Shown here: positions 1 through 13,003 of the stretch, one piece after another
Position numbering within the stretch: position 1 is the first letter of the stretch
Layout of the letters: each line of letters opens with the position of its first letter
NCBI RefSeq assembly: GCF_009914755.1
Contig: NC_060936.1
Direction: 5' to 3' (one strand)
Length of the DNA stretch: 64,000 nucleotides
DNA from: the human T2T-CHM13v2.0 reference genome, Homo sapiens
The notes under the pieces: generated by a model
Database searches by the model: none
Told to the model about the DNA's origin: nothing
Seen by the model: only the letters and a program-made list of their open reading frames with translations
Made by a program: the position numbers and the translations under genes

Positions 1-189
1 TGATTGAATACATGCTTTATTGATTTACACATTTTATGTCTCTTTCAGTGTAATGGAGTTATAAATTTTGAGATAATTCATGTATATATACTAGATATGA
101 AGATATCATGATGGATTCAAATTACTGAAAGATGAGGAAACTATACCAGTTTTATACAGGAGGAAATATTGTTGGGAGAAAGGCCAGGT

Positions 190-450
190 GACATAGTAAC
201 TACACCGAAATTGAAAGTCAGACATCTTGGATTTGGATTCCTGTCGACTAGTGATAACACTCAGAACAATTCACTTAGGTTCTATATGACTCAATTTCTT
301 AACTTTCAAAATGCTAGTAATAATTATCCTTTTCTCATACATTAATTATGATAACTAAAAAATGTGTGTGGGTTCGGGGTATTGTTACAGTCCTTACTGT
401 AGTACCAAGCACACAGTAACCTCCTCTAAAATTGCAGATGCTATTATTTT
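190..450 (+). mobile_element. MIR SINE fragment
   Basis: Degenerate MIR core (ttcacttaggttct...tcaatttcttaactttcaaaatg..taataatta) and MIR 3' end. Boundaries approximate. Confidence 0.5.
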
Positions 451-719
451 TATCAAACATGTGAATAAGTGAAATGCAATATCATTTATAAAATGCATAT
501 AGTGCTACAGAATTATTCTATGAACAAATAAGGTATTTGTTTATTCACAAGAAGAAGATTTCAAAATACAAAAAAAAGGAGATGTAGTCGTGGGTATAAC
601 ATAAAGTACAGAGTACTACTATCATTTCATTTTTTATCACATTCAAAGTATCAACAGAAAAGTATTTTCATTTGCTCAACTAATAACTAATGTTTACTTT
701 TGAGTCCAATAATAGCAAT

Positions 720-935
720 ACAACTTCAGTATGCCAAGTTTACAAAGTGCTTCCCTGTATATTGTCTCATCCAAATATTACGACTTCTTTGAAAGATACG
801 TCCAAAATTTACTAATACATTCTATTTCATGGATGAAAAAGAATGAGGCACTGAGAAGTTGAATTAATTGCCAGGTGCTATGGAATTAGTAAATGATAGC
901 TCTATAATTCAATCTTGAATCTTCTGACTTAAAGT
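720..935 (-). mobile_element. MIR SINE fragment
   Basis: tttacaaagtgcttccc...atttcatggatgaaaaa..gaggcactgagaagttgaattaattgcc is the reverse-oriented MIR core. Confidence 0.55.
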
Positions 936-3481
936 TAATATTCTTTAACTTTTTATCTTGCCTCTCACCAAAGTTCAATATTTCATCTAAATTTCTAAGC
1001 AATAAGTAATCTTTCTCAAAATGTTAGCTTAAAAACAATAAGAATAAATATGGGTAAAATAAAATAGGTCAATTTATGATGCTTATGATCAAAGTATTAA
1101 TATCAAACACGATCTTACTATTAATAGAGAAAAAAAGCATTCAAAATCTCCACATGCAACAATAGAACTATGTCTGCTACCACAAATAAAAAAAAACCTT
1201 ATGCTCTCATCAAAGAAAATATTCTAATCAAAATAGGAGAGAGTCTGGAAAGATTTGCAAACAAACTTCAAATGTCTTATACACAGTAGGTGACACTTTT
1301 AACTTCTATTTTAGATAATTGCTTCACACAAGACTTGGAACTAGTAAAATTAGTGGAAGTAGCAAACAGCAATTTTGTTACCTATCTTCTTTGTTGGATT
1401 TTAACAGGTATTGTTATAAAACACCTTGATTTTTTTTGTCTGGGAAAGATTCTTTGTATTATAACAGTACAATCATCAACAGCAAAAGATACATTTTCTA
1501 TTCATGATAATAACTTGGACAATTTACAGTTTATTCATTTATCTTTATAATACAATATCATCATAAAGGATAATCAAGAGGTACAATAAGAAATCATAGG
1601 TCTTTGTAAATAACTACTGGTTTAACAATACTGAAACTTTTAGTTTACCAATCTAAAATTAAAAAAAAATCCATTGTTCAACCATTATTCAACTTTTCTA
1701 GGAAATTAAAATCTATACAATCTTCTAACCAAAAATGATACATTTCCAACAGGAATAATACGTTCCCAATAAGTGGGTCTTTTGGAATCTCACAACTGTT
1801 GGCAGGCAAGCTAAAAGCATAGCATCAGACAGTTTTGCATTATCTTTAAGGAATATAAGTTCAGAGCTCCAAGGGTGTCACTGTCCTATGCAAACACTGT
1901 TGTCATTAAACGCATACTGTCATCTGGTAAGTTTAGTCATGGCGACTTGTTTCAATTGTTAATAAAACAAACAAACAAAAAATCTCTTTTATCTGACTTT
2001 CTGTTCGAATGTTAACTGAAAATTGGTCATGGAATTTACTAATATGATTCCTAATGTTTAAAATAAGCTAATCAGTGGAATTAGAATATGTAGCATGCAT
2101 AAACATGTGGAAAATTAGAAAGTCATTATGAGAGTAATCATTTTTATAAAGCAGTGATAGACATACAAAATTAAATCTGCTTTCATCTCCCAGAACTGAG
2201 GAAGAGATAGAATTTAAAAATACAAAAGTGAGTAATTTGCAAAGGCCCCTCAAAAGAAATGATTCTTATTTTTAGGATTCTGAAATAATTTAACTTAAGA
2301 GATTTTGCAGTGGTCTCTTTTTCTACATCTGGAGCTTTCTACTCACAGATATGGCAGTTTTAATTTGAAGAGAAAACTGACTTAGTCACTTGATTAATTT
2401 TTCAAATAAACGATCCTATAACTTCAGATGAGTATTTCTATTACTTCCCTCTAGGCAAATTCCTTAATAGAGTATTGTTCAGCAAATCTCCTACTTTCTC
2501 CATGTTTTTCTGCATAATTATCAGCTATTTAAGTTTCTTTTAAACTATTCAAATATAGCTGAACTACTCATGGATTTCAGAAGTTCCCTAATTTTTACCC
2601 GTGTCAAATTTTAGGGAAAAGTTATAACACTGATTTTATTCTAAGTGGCCAAAGCAATCAAAGACAACTTTAGCTCAATATTTGTATCTCTTCCTTTTGA
2701 ATTATGATGAATAAAATAACTTTATAGATTTAAATAAGGAAATACCATTGGAGAATCCATGTTGTTTCAGTTGATAAGAGCTGTGAAATACTGGCTTTTA
2801 TTTAATTTGCTGGGGTAACTTAATGAGAACCTCATCTGGGTCCACCATCCCATACTAAAATTTATTCGCTTAGTCTTATTGGTTCCTTGCTATGTTCTAT
2901 GTTGTCTCGTTTACAGTCTCCTTAGTTCCTAAAAAGTAACTCTGTTCTCACTTTCCTTAGCAGATAACCCATCTCCTTGAGAAGAACCCCTGATGAAAAA
3001 GAAATCCTCTCCAAATCAATATCTTCATTCATCACTACACTACATGTTCTATTTTCCTTCCTCCATTTCTCAGAGGAAGGAGTTCTATTACTTGCCATTG
3101 ATCTTAAAATTATAGTTATCCTCCACTGTGCTGCCATCCATAATTTCATGTCCTTCATTTGTGGCTTTGTTTTCAATGGCTATAAGCATTTTCAATTTTG
3201 TCCCATTATAACAAGGCTGTCACTCAATACTGTCTGGAATCATTCAGCATATACCCTCTCCTTCCCTTCGTTGCTGAATTTCTCAAAAGAGTATTACCTT
3301 CTTTCATTTATCTGAACTCATACATACTTTTAATCGCAGCTATTCTACTTTCATTAGAGTTTACTGCAACTATCTCTGTAAACATTTCCAGTGACCTCTT
3401 AAGTATAAGTGAAATCATTTCATATCAGACATAATCCTCCATGCCTTCAAGAAACATTGAACACCTCCAATCTTTATGCTT

Positions 3482-3486
<5 letters not shown>

Positions 3487-3520
<34 letters not shown>
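3487..3520. repeat. (CT)17 microsatellite within degraded L2-like sequence
   Basis: Read directly. Confidence 0.95.
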
Positions 3521-3523
<3 letters not shown>

Positions 3524-5074
3524 ATCTTGCTATCTCACTACTTCTATCTCTAATTTGGTTCAGTGACTCTTGACTTGCTTGAGTCTCATATCTCTCCTTC
3601 CTTCATTCCAGCCTTTTGCTTTTAGAATAGCTTCCACCTTTGCCTGTATCTATTCACCTTTTCCAGTTTTCCATTTAATTCCATGCATTTAACAGAATAC
3701 TAGTTGTTAACCTAACTCAAAGGATTTGGGGGATGATTACATGGAATAATGTGTATGATGCAATGGCTATGATCCATGGGCCTGTAATGCCCCCAAAATG
3801 TGTGTTGCTGCCTCTATCTCCTTTCAACATCCTGATGCAATATTTTTCTAAATGTGAATATTACTTAATACGCCCATGCAAGTTCTTTAATTTTTCCTTA
3901 GGAAAATAGACTTCAGAGATAAAGCTGATTGTAGATGAGGTACAATAATTGTTAATTTCCTTGGAAAATTCTAATTGAAAATTGGTAAATTCAGTGGTTG
4001 GAATAAGTATGCACAGAGTAAAGGCAATAAAAAATATAGTTCAGCCTGCAACTACACTTGCCAGTTCTTTTTATGTATAATGTAATCATGTGGAAAGGCT
4101 TTTAAAATAAGCACGCCTGTGTATTCACTGCAAATTAGTCTGTCAATTGAATTTTTACAGGTGCTTCTGAATAATCCATTTCGTCTGGCTTAATTACATA
4201 ATTTTAAAAGTGTACAGGTTTCTGATAAAAGAGAACACATTGTTAGGATGTAATCTATTTATTACCCCTTGTACTTCCCTTTATTGTGCTTTTTTTTGGC
4301 TTTCCAATTTTAAGCAATAACAATAATACTCTGCAAAAAAATAAAGACTTTATTGTATTTTCTGTGTCTAAATTGTCTGGGCTCACTTTTTTAGGACAAT
4401 GGCCTGGAACATGTAATCAACATTAACAATCCAATCTGCCTAAGTGGGGCCATTCAAAAAGGCCTAAAATTACAACACATTTTCATTATGTATATATTTA
4501 TTTACAATATTTTGTTTGATTTTTAAAATTTATATTTGCCATTACTAAAAGAACATAAGAAATGCCACACTAAATAATACCTGTGGTCTACTCAATGCTG
4601 TATTTTCTGACACTGTCCCCTTGATTCTTTTAAGATCATGAAGATTCTTTTAAATCTATCCTTAAACACAGTACCTTGACCATCTAATACATTTCTTACC
4701 TTTAACTTTTTGAGATACCACTAGTCTATAAAACCGAAAATCCAATCACATCTCTTCTCTTCCTAAAAATTCTGTTGGCTCACTGCTGTCTGCAGGACAA
4801 AGCCCAACTCTAGCCACCCCTCACTCAGATCTGCCTCTCTCTGTCACCTCCTCCCCAATCCTACCTCTACCTGCTTCTATTTTCTTTCTCCAAGTCCATC
4901 TGGTGAGCTCTTTATAGTCACTTTTGTAGCACCATCTGTTTTTCCTATTCATACCCCTACAATGAATTCCTCCCTTTGGTAATATTACTAAACCTTGTAC
5001 CTACTTTTATATTCACATTAGTCATACTGTATTATAATTATGTTTACTGTGATAAAACAAGATAAATAATTAGT

Positions 5075-5225
5075 TTTTTAATCATTTTTAAGTGTGCCCT
5101 TTAAGTACTACTCAATGGCATAAAGTACATTCACATTGTTAATCAGCCATTACCATCATCTGTCTTCCGAACTTCATTCATCTTCCCAAACTGAAATTCT
5201 GTACACATTAAATACTAACTCTTCA
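5075..5225 (-). mobile_element. Old L1M(B-like) 3' end fragment
   Basis: aagtacattcacattgtt...catcttcccaaactgaaattctgtacacattaaa is typical of reverse L1MB 3' ends. Confidence 0.65.
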
Positions 5226-5236
5226 TTATAATTGCT

Positions 5237-5361
5237 TTTTAACAAATAGATAGGGTCTCGCTTTGTTGCTGAGGCTGGTCTCACACTCCTGAGTTCAAGC
5301 GACCCTCCTGCCTCAGTGTAACGAGTAGGTAGGATTTCACATATATGCCACCACACCCAGC
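5237..5361 (-). mobile_element. FLAM / free Alu monomer
   Basis: gggtctcgctttgttgctgaggctggtctc...ctcctgagttcaagcgaccctcctgcctcag...gccaccacacccagc. Confidence 0.8.
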
Positions 5362-5423
5362 TTACAATTAGTTTTTAACATTAACAGGTCTATCTCACAT
5401 ACTGGCCTTCGGAGCAGAACTAA

Positions 5424-5717
<294 letters not shown>

Positions 5718-8700
5718 AGAACTAACTATTTACAAATATGAGTTTGTTAACATATTTATACCCAGTACTTAATGAAATGCCTGGCAACTGGAAGATGCCC
5801 AATAAGTATTTGTTAAAGTACCATGATTAGAATCACATATTATATTATTATGTTAACCAAACGCATCAAATTATGCCAACTTTCTAGCTCTTTGCCACGT
5901 CAGCCTTACACTTTACAAAAAACAAACATTAACAAAAAAAACCACACAAAAACATACCTTTAATGGTTTTCACTTTAACAAAAATTAAAAAAAAAACAGA
6001 AAAAAACCCATAATATTACCTTTAGTGCTTTCTCATTTCAGAAAGCATAAAATCTACAAATTTTTAGCTCTTCAGAATCTGGATCCCATCAACCTCTTTA
6101 CCCTCCTCTTCTGTATCTTTTCACACCCTGACTTTTATCAATGCAACATTCCTTATTCTTGAAACAGCAGTTTCAGATTTTCTTAATCATTCTGTCTCCT
6201 CAGCCTGAAATACTTCCCACAGTTTTGAAGTTAAATCATAGCCTTCCTTCAAGGATATACTCAAATGCTGTCTTTTTAGGTTGAAGTCTTCTCCGATCCT
6301 TTGGCACAGAATACGCTTATTCTCTGTTCCCTTCTGTATTTTGCTTGTGCCTGTATTTTGTATTTAGTTAGTTTTGCACTAAATTACATGTTAGTTATAC
6401 GTGTATACGTCTGTCTCTTTCACTAGAGGGCAAGTTATATGAAAATTTACTTAATACCTCATTTATTTTCTTTCTTTCCATTTCTTCCTTTCAGAGACTC
6501 TCAAAATTTTCTGCACATGGTAGAGATTAATTAATTAAATTGAAAGACGAAACAACTTGTTCATTTGATACATATGATCAACATATTGCTGTTTATTGAG
6601 CATACTGAATGTTGTTCAAATGGTTCATTAAGAGAATAGTCAAAGAACAACATGAAAACACTAGTCAGAATGAAGTGTAGATAATGCAATTTGACAAACA
6701 TATATTGATCAAGAGGTTCATATCACTGTTACTGAGTGAAATAAATATAAAGGAGAGAGATGAAGTCTATTTCTCAGTAAACTAACTACATAGGCTTACA
6801 CAAGTATAAAATTAACCCTAATACTTGTTGAACAGTCGTAATACAGGCTGAAGTAATGAGCTTTAGCCATTAATTAATTAGCCTGTTGGCAAAGAATTAT
6901 AAAATAGTTCATTAAAGAGGTGACATCTGAGCTTGAGCTTAAATGAGGAAATATGTTTTCAATGAGTGATTTGGGGTTATGGAGGTATTCCAGGAAAGAC
7001 TTTAGCATAAATAAGATTTAGAGTTAGGAAAAATGTTGCCTTCTTTAAAAAAAAATACACTCTATGACTTAAGGCCTTAGAATGACTCAGGCAGAGCAGT
7101 AGGGGTGGTGGAGTTAAAGTAGAATCTGTAGGTTAGGAACACTGAAGAAATTTTCGATGGTATGTTACAAGTCTATGTAACATATATCACTATATTGTTA
7201 ACATATATTAATATAGCATAATAGATCATTATGTTATCAGTGTATTAATATGGCATATATCATATATAAGTACATATTATAGATGAGAACATATTACAAA
7301 AATAATCATTATAATTGGGGCTTCACTTAGCAAGTTTAACCTTGCAGAATTACACAGCAAAAGAGATAAGCAATAAGAACAGATAAAAGCCTACTGTAAT
7401 ATGTCAGGTGAGAATGCATGAAGACCTGAAATATTGTAATTTTAATACATATGGAAAAAGATGAGAGTAAACAGATATGGGGAACATTATAGACACAATT
7501 ATATACATAAATTGAAACAACCTGAAAGCAGAGAGTTAAGACAAATTCAAAGATAAATACATTTTCAAGTAGGAGGGAATAGCAGTACATTAGGAGAAAT
7601 AACTTCTCTGGTCTCATCTGTAAAATAATAGTATGTACCTTCCAGCATTAGTGTACTGACATATATGTATTTAGCAATAAATATTAACTATGATTACTAT
7701 TAAGTGCTCCATAAAATGATCTAGTATTGATGTCATTATGGACAATAAAATCTGACTCTAAAACAACTTTATTATTTTATTTGTTTATAAGAATAATGAA
7801 AAGTTATTAAAATTTCAAACACTACAGAAACATATGGTATATATACTTGCAAACAATGGAGAAAACAAATAATAACAGTTTGGCACTTATATCTAAAACT
7901 TTTTCTATTCCTGTCATAATGAATTATTATTATTATTTATATTTGAAAAATATTGAGATTATTCTATGCAACTTCATTCTTTTTACATAGCAGAATGTTT
8001 TGGGGCTTTTTCCAGAAAAGAACATATAGTAGTTTTGTATTCTTTTTAATGAGGCAACTCACTTTATTACATTAATGTGCCATATAGAATCTAAGAGGAC
8101 ATCAGGAAAACTAGGTGGCATTTCTGACCCACCAGAGCATAAGGCACTTTTGTGTAAATTAGAAAATGTACTCCTTGTAGGTGGCTATGTCCTCTGGTGC
8201 ATGTCTGGATTAGCAAACCCTGAGCTATATTTCAGCTCCCACTGACCTCCCTGCTGGAAATTTGTAGGAGAGAATAATCTATACAATAATTAACAAAGCC
8301 CTGTGGCAATGCCAAAGGGATGTTTGAAATTTTCTGTAGAGCTCAGAAGAGTATATAAACTTTGAGCTATAGATTTTAGTTTCTTTTCTACAGAAGTCAT
8401 GGTTGAATTCCTGGATGTCTGGGGAGAATAGATGAGCGATCAATGAAAGAGATTATATAAAGAAAAGATATTAGGAGGTGATAACTCCAAACCCATCCGT
8501 GAGAATAAGACAAGTGGTGGTGGTGGGAGGAGGAGAGAGAGAAAGAGAGAGAGAGAGAGAAAGAGACTCTATATATAATAATGATAGATAGATGAGAGAA
8601 TAAAGCATATTAAAATCATATAATGATGATAGAATAAACTGTATGGTCTTTTCAGATTCTACATATGCATATATGCGTATGTATGAATATATCAAGATAT

Positions 8701-8957
8701 CATTCACAATCTAAATCTCTTCTCTTAATTATCCGTTCTGAATTTGGGAATTGAATTAATTCAGAAAAAAATGTTTGGATAAGATTTTATATCTAAACTG
8801 TCACTGTAACAAGGAGAAACTCAAGAACCAAGCAGATTATCATAATATAGCACCCTTACTCTTCAAGATGGCAATATGAACTCAGAAAACAAATAGATTT
8901 GAATGTTAAGGGACACTTGTAAATACATTTTAAATTTAATTTAAAATCTGAAACGTT

Positions 8958-9237
8958 GCTGGGTGAGGTGGCTCATGCCTGAAATCTCAGTGCTTTGGGA
9001 GGCCGAGTTGGGCAGACTGTTTGACCCCTGGAGTTAAAGACCAGCCTGGGCAACATGGCAAAACTCCATCTCTATAAAGAATACAAAAAAAATTGGCTGG
9101 GCATGGTGGCATGCAACTGTAGTCCCAGCTACTCGTAAGGCTGAGGCTTGAGGATCACCTGAGGCTAAGAGGTGGAGGGTGCAGTAAGCCTTGATCGTGC
9201 CACTGCACTCCAGCCTGGGCAACAGAGTGAGACCCTG

Positions 9238-9286
<49 letters not shown>
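8958..9286 (+). mobile_element. AluJ with A46 tail
   Basis: Diverged dimer with J-type features (gggcaacatggcaaaac, gaggatcacctgag, gagaccctgtct). 46 A at 9241-9286. Degenerate TSD (taaatctga). Confidence 0.93.
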
Positions 9287-9289
<3 letters not shown>

Positions 9290-10154
9290 AAATCTGATGC
9301 ATCAGATAAACGTTTCTCCAGCTCCTTGCTCATTTAGTCATACGCAGGACTTTTGCTCTGGTTCCTGATTATTCGGCTCTTAATAATTTTTTAAACTTTT
9401 TCATGAAAATTTGCTCTTTTTTTAAAAACTATCTTCTTCAGTTATTGCCTCCAACATTCAAAAGTCACCTAGTTCTTATCCTAAAGCTGCTAATAGTATG
9501 AATTTTTCTAAATGTATTTTATCAGGTTTCTAAATATATCTTCTTATCATCAATACATGATGCTTTACTTACAGTGATTTCTTATACCAATTGCTCTTAC
9601 TATAGAGAATCAACAACTCAAACTGCAAGTGTCTTCTGATTTTTTCGTAATTTCATTTTGAAATATCAATTTTATTAAGAAGTTAAAGTTGACTCTTTTC
9701 TAATTACTCTCTTAAAAGAATCACTATTGATAAGTGATTTATTATTAGAAAACTAAAGTAAATTTTCTTTATCACTGGGCTTGTGAATTTCTAAATAGGG
9801 ATTCGAGTTAAGCCACATGGACAATAGTTAAAATCAACAACAAAACCAAAATGGAAGTTAATAATGAGCACGATAATTACTAACAGACGTGATTTTTACT
9901 TATGCAAGTGACTCTTATTTGTACAAATGATTTTAAGCAAAACAAATGGCATTCAGAAAAGTCTGCAGTAGATACACAGGAGTGCTAAAAAGTAAAAATT
10001 TATTTTATCTATGTAAAATCAATCAAATGTACCACACTGCCTATAGGAGATTATAATAATACTCGAGGGATAAAACTCTATTCCAGAAAACAGTCGTAAA
10101 TCTTTCCTCCACTTTTGTTCTCAAGGGCTGCTGTTCAATTTTATGTATAATTGA

Positions 10155-10489
<335 letters not shown>

Positions 10490-11144
10490 TATGGGACACT
10501 TTTATTTCAGCTTACTTTAGCCAAGTGGTCTCATCACACCTTTGTTTATGACAAACAGAAATTCTATCACGTTCATATTAAGCCATGCTTTTATAATAGT
10601 AGCCACCAAACTTTTTGTTTGTTTGCCCTTATCAATAAAATATTTTGAGAAATGCATCCAAAATGAATGTAATTTTATCACATATAAAAATCACAATTAA
10701 CATTAATAAAATATAATATGAATACACATTTTACGTTTTTTTCTGATAGTTCCAGGAACAAGTACACCCCATCCTGAAGATAATTTATCAACCCCATCTC
10801 TTTCAAAGACTGTGTACTCCTTCTCATTACCTATTATTCCAGAGGTTCTTTTCTTCTATGATGACTGAGAGGTACCAATCTCTTATTTCTTTTTTTTTTT
10901 TTTCCCCCAAACCATCCTGTTTACTAAGCTGAATCTGGTCATCAAAAAGTTTTCTTTCCTTTTTAAAGATGGCTATTTCATCATTTATGGTTTTAACACT
11001 ACTAGCCTTTAATTCACATAGAGTTTACTCTCCTACTAGCTGAAAGTCCATTATTTCTAAAGGTTAAATTGTTATGGCTGGGACAAAGAAAAGCATATAT
11101 ACACTCATTTAATTAATCTAGCTTATTTTGAAGAACAAAAGAGT

Positions 11145-11433
11145 GGCTGGGCGCGGTGGCTCACGCGTGTAATCCCAGCACTTTGGGAGGCCGAGGCAGG
11201 CGAATCACTAGGTTAGGAGTTCAAGACCAGCCTGACCAACATGGTGAAACCCCGTCTCTACTAAAAATACAAAAATTAGCCAGGGGTGGTGGCACATGCC
11301 CGTAATCCCAGCTACTTGGGATGCCGAGGCAGTAGAATTGCTTGAACCCAGCAGGCAGAGAGAGGTTGGAGTGAGCCAAGATTGCACCACTGCACTCCAG
11401 CCTGGGTGATAGAGCAAGACTCCGTCTCAAAAC

Positions 11434-11465
<32 letters not shown>

Positions 11466-11470
11466 ACAAA
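11145..11470 (+). mobile_element. AluS with (AAAAC)n tail
   Basis: Full dimer. TSD-like acaaaagagt / acaaaggagt. Confidence 0.95.
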
Positions 11471-11619
11471 GGAGTTTGTACTGAGAAGATTTATTGAGTG
11501 GTTTGAAAATGTGTATTTGTCTGTATGCATAATGTATATGTAAACATTATCTTGTTATAAATCCCTTTATAAGACTTATCTTTACTGATATTAGCCTCAT
11601 ATATTTTTATAAATCTATT

Positions 11620-11941
11620 TATATTTACTTATTTTTTATTGATCCATAATAGATGTACATACTTTGGGGGTACTTGTGATAATTTGATACATTCATATAA
11701 TGTGTAAAGATCAAAGCAGGTTATTTGGAGTATCCACCACATTAACTATTTATCTTTACTTTTTACTAGGAACATTTAAATTCTGTCTTCTAGCTATTTT
11801 GAAATGTATATTAGATTAATGTTAACTATAATCAACCTACTGATCTAGATCTATGGAACACTAGGTCCTATTTCTTCCATCTAACTGAAAATTTGTACCC
11901 ATTAATCAACCCTCTTCATTATTCCCTCCCCTCTACCCTTG
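11620..11941 (-). mobile_element. L1MA 3' end fragment
   Basis: ttttttattgatccataatagatgtacatactttgggggtac...ctagctattttgaaatgta...tttgtacccattaatcaacc. Confidence 0.8.
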
Positions 11942-12103
11942 GTTATTTAAGAGTAAGAAGATTTTGCTAATTTATATTAGTATGTCCAATACTAGTAATA
12001 CCAATATTACATTACTGGAATAAACTTGTAGGAAAAATGCAGCCTTATAAATGTCAGAGAAAAAGAGAGATGGGACTATTTTAATGGCTGACACAGGTTA
12101 AAC

Positions 12104-12112
12104 TTCTCTCTC

Positions 12113-12156
<44 letters not shown>
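12104..12156. repeat. Compound (CT)n(TA)n microsatellite
   Basis: Read directly. It continues as (TA)n and low-complexity sequence at 12235-12350 after an inserted unique segment. Confidence 0.9.
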
Positions 12157-12484
12157 ATTTTATTTTATCTATGTAATATCAATAAAATGTACCACACTGT
12201 CTATAGGAGACTATAATAATACTTCAGGGATAAATATATATATATATAGTTTTATATCTTAGGTATTATATACATACATATTTAGAGAGAGATAAATATA
12301 GATAGATACATGTATATATAAACAAATTTATGTACTCTCTATATATACCTAATTATCCAAGATAATTTGTGCGTTAAAACCCAAGAGAAGTAAAATCTTC
12401 CGAAGATAAAATAACTCTTTAAATCTTAAAAAGATGATTGAAAAAACTTTTTTGGGGGTTGTGAATAGTAGCAGAAGTGGATTC

Positions 12485-12496
12485 AGTGACGTCACT
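12485..12496. promoter_or_regulatory. Full palindromic CRE (TGACGTCA) inside the perfect 12-bp palindrome AGTGACGTCACT
   Basis: Motif read directly. Function untested. Confidence 0.4.
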
Positions 12497-12928
12497 AAAT
12501 ATGAGTACAGTGCTTTTAGAAGATAAGAATAGGCAGGACCTGAGGGCAAGTATATCTCTCCAAGGAGTTCACTTTTATTTGTAGCATTTTCTAAGTTTAA
12601 CAGTTATTTGATATGTGTTCCAATTTTGAGCTGTGTTTTCCTTCTTGAAACGACTGACGTTCTGCCTGTAGTCTTTCTAAATCTTCATCTCCCTAGCTCA
12701 CATGTCACTAGCTTTTGATAATTTTCCTTTGGTCTAGTAGTGACACATATAAATAACCAAAAATCAGAAAACAAGACTCCGGCAACTAATTTCAACAAGC
12801 CTTGTTCAATGGCATAGACAGAATGTAATTTATTTTTTGTGACAGTTATAATAAAAGTGACGTGAAACACAAGGGATGTAATGTCAGCGATATTGCACCT
12901 CAAAAGAGGAGAAAGTGTGGCAGGTTAC

Positions 12929-13003
12929 CTCCTGATTAGCAGCAGCTAGTTCTTCTTCCAGTGCAGAGACTCTTTCTAAAGAAACCCTCAGTCGCTCCCT
13001 TAC
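12929..13003 (-). CDS. PPFIA2: Liprin-alpha-2 internal coding exon, 75 nt, phase 0/0 (exon 7)
   Basis: Minus strand reads ttgatttttcttctag|GTAAGGGAG...AATCAGGAG|gtaacc. It translates to VRERLRVSLERVSALEEELAAANQE and continues the liprin-alpha-2 sequence in frame. Confidence 0.96.

Noticed and set aside
2922-3434. Overlapping hydrophobic ORFs that resemble membrane peptides
   Set aside because: They fall in pyrimidine-rich degraded L2-like sequence; T-rich codons produce the hydrophobicity.
7218-7233. 16-mer cataatagatcattat also present at about 62252
   Set aside because: An AT-rich 16-mer match within a 64-kb window is plausible by chance, and the homology does not extend.
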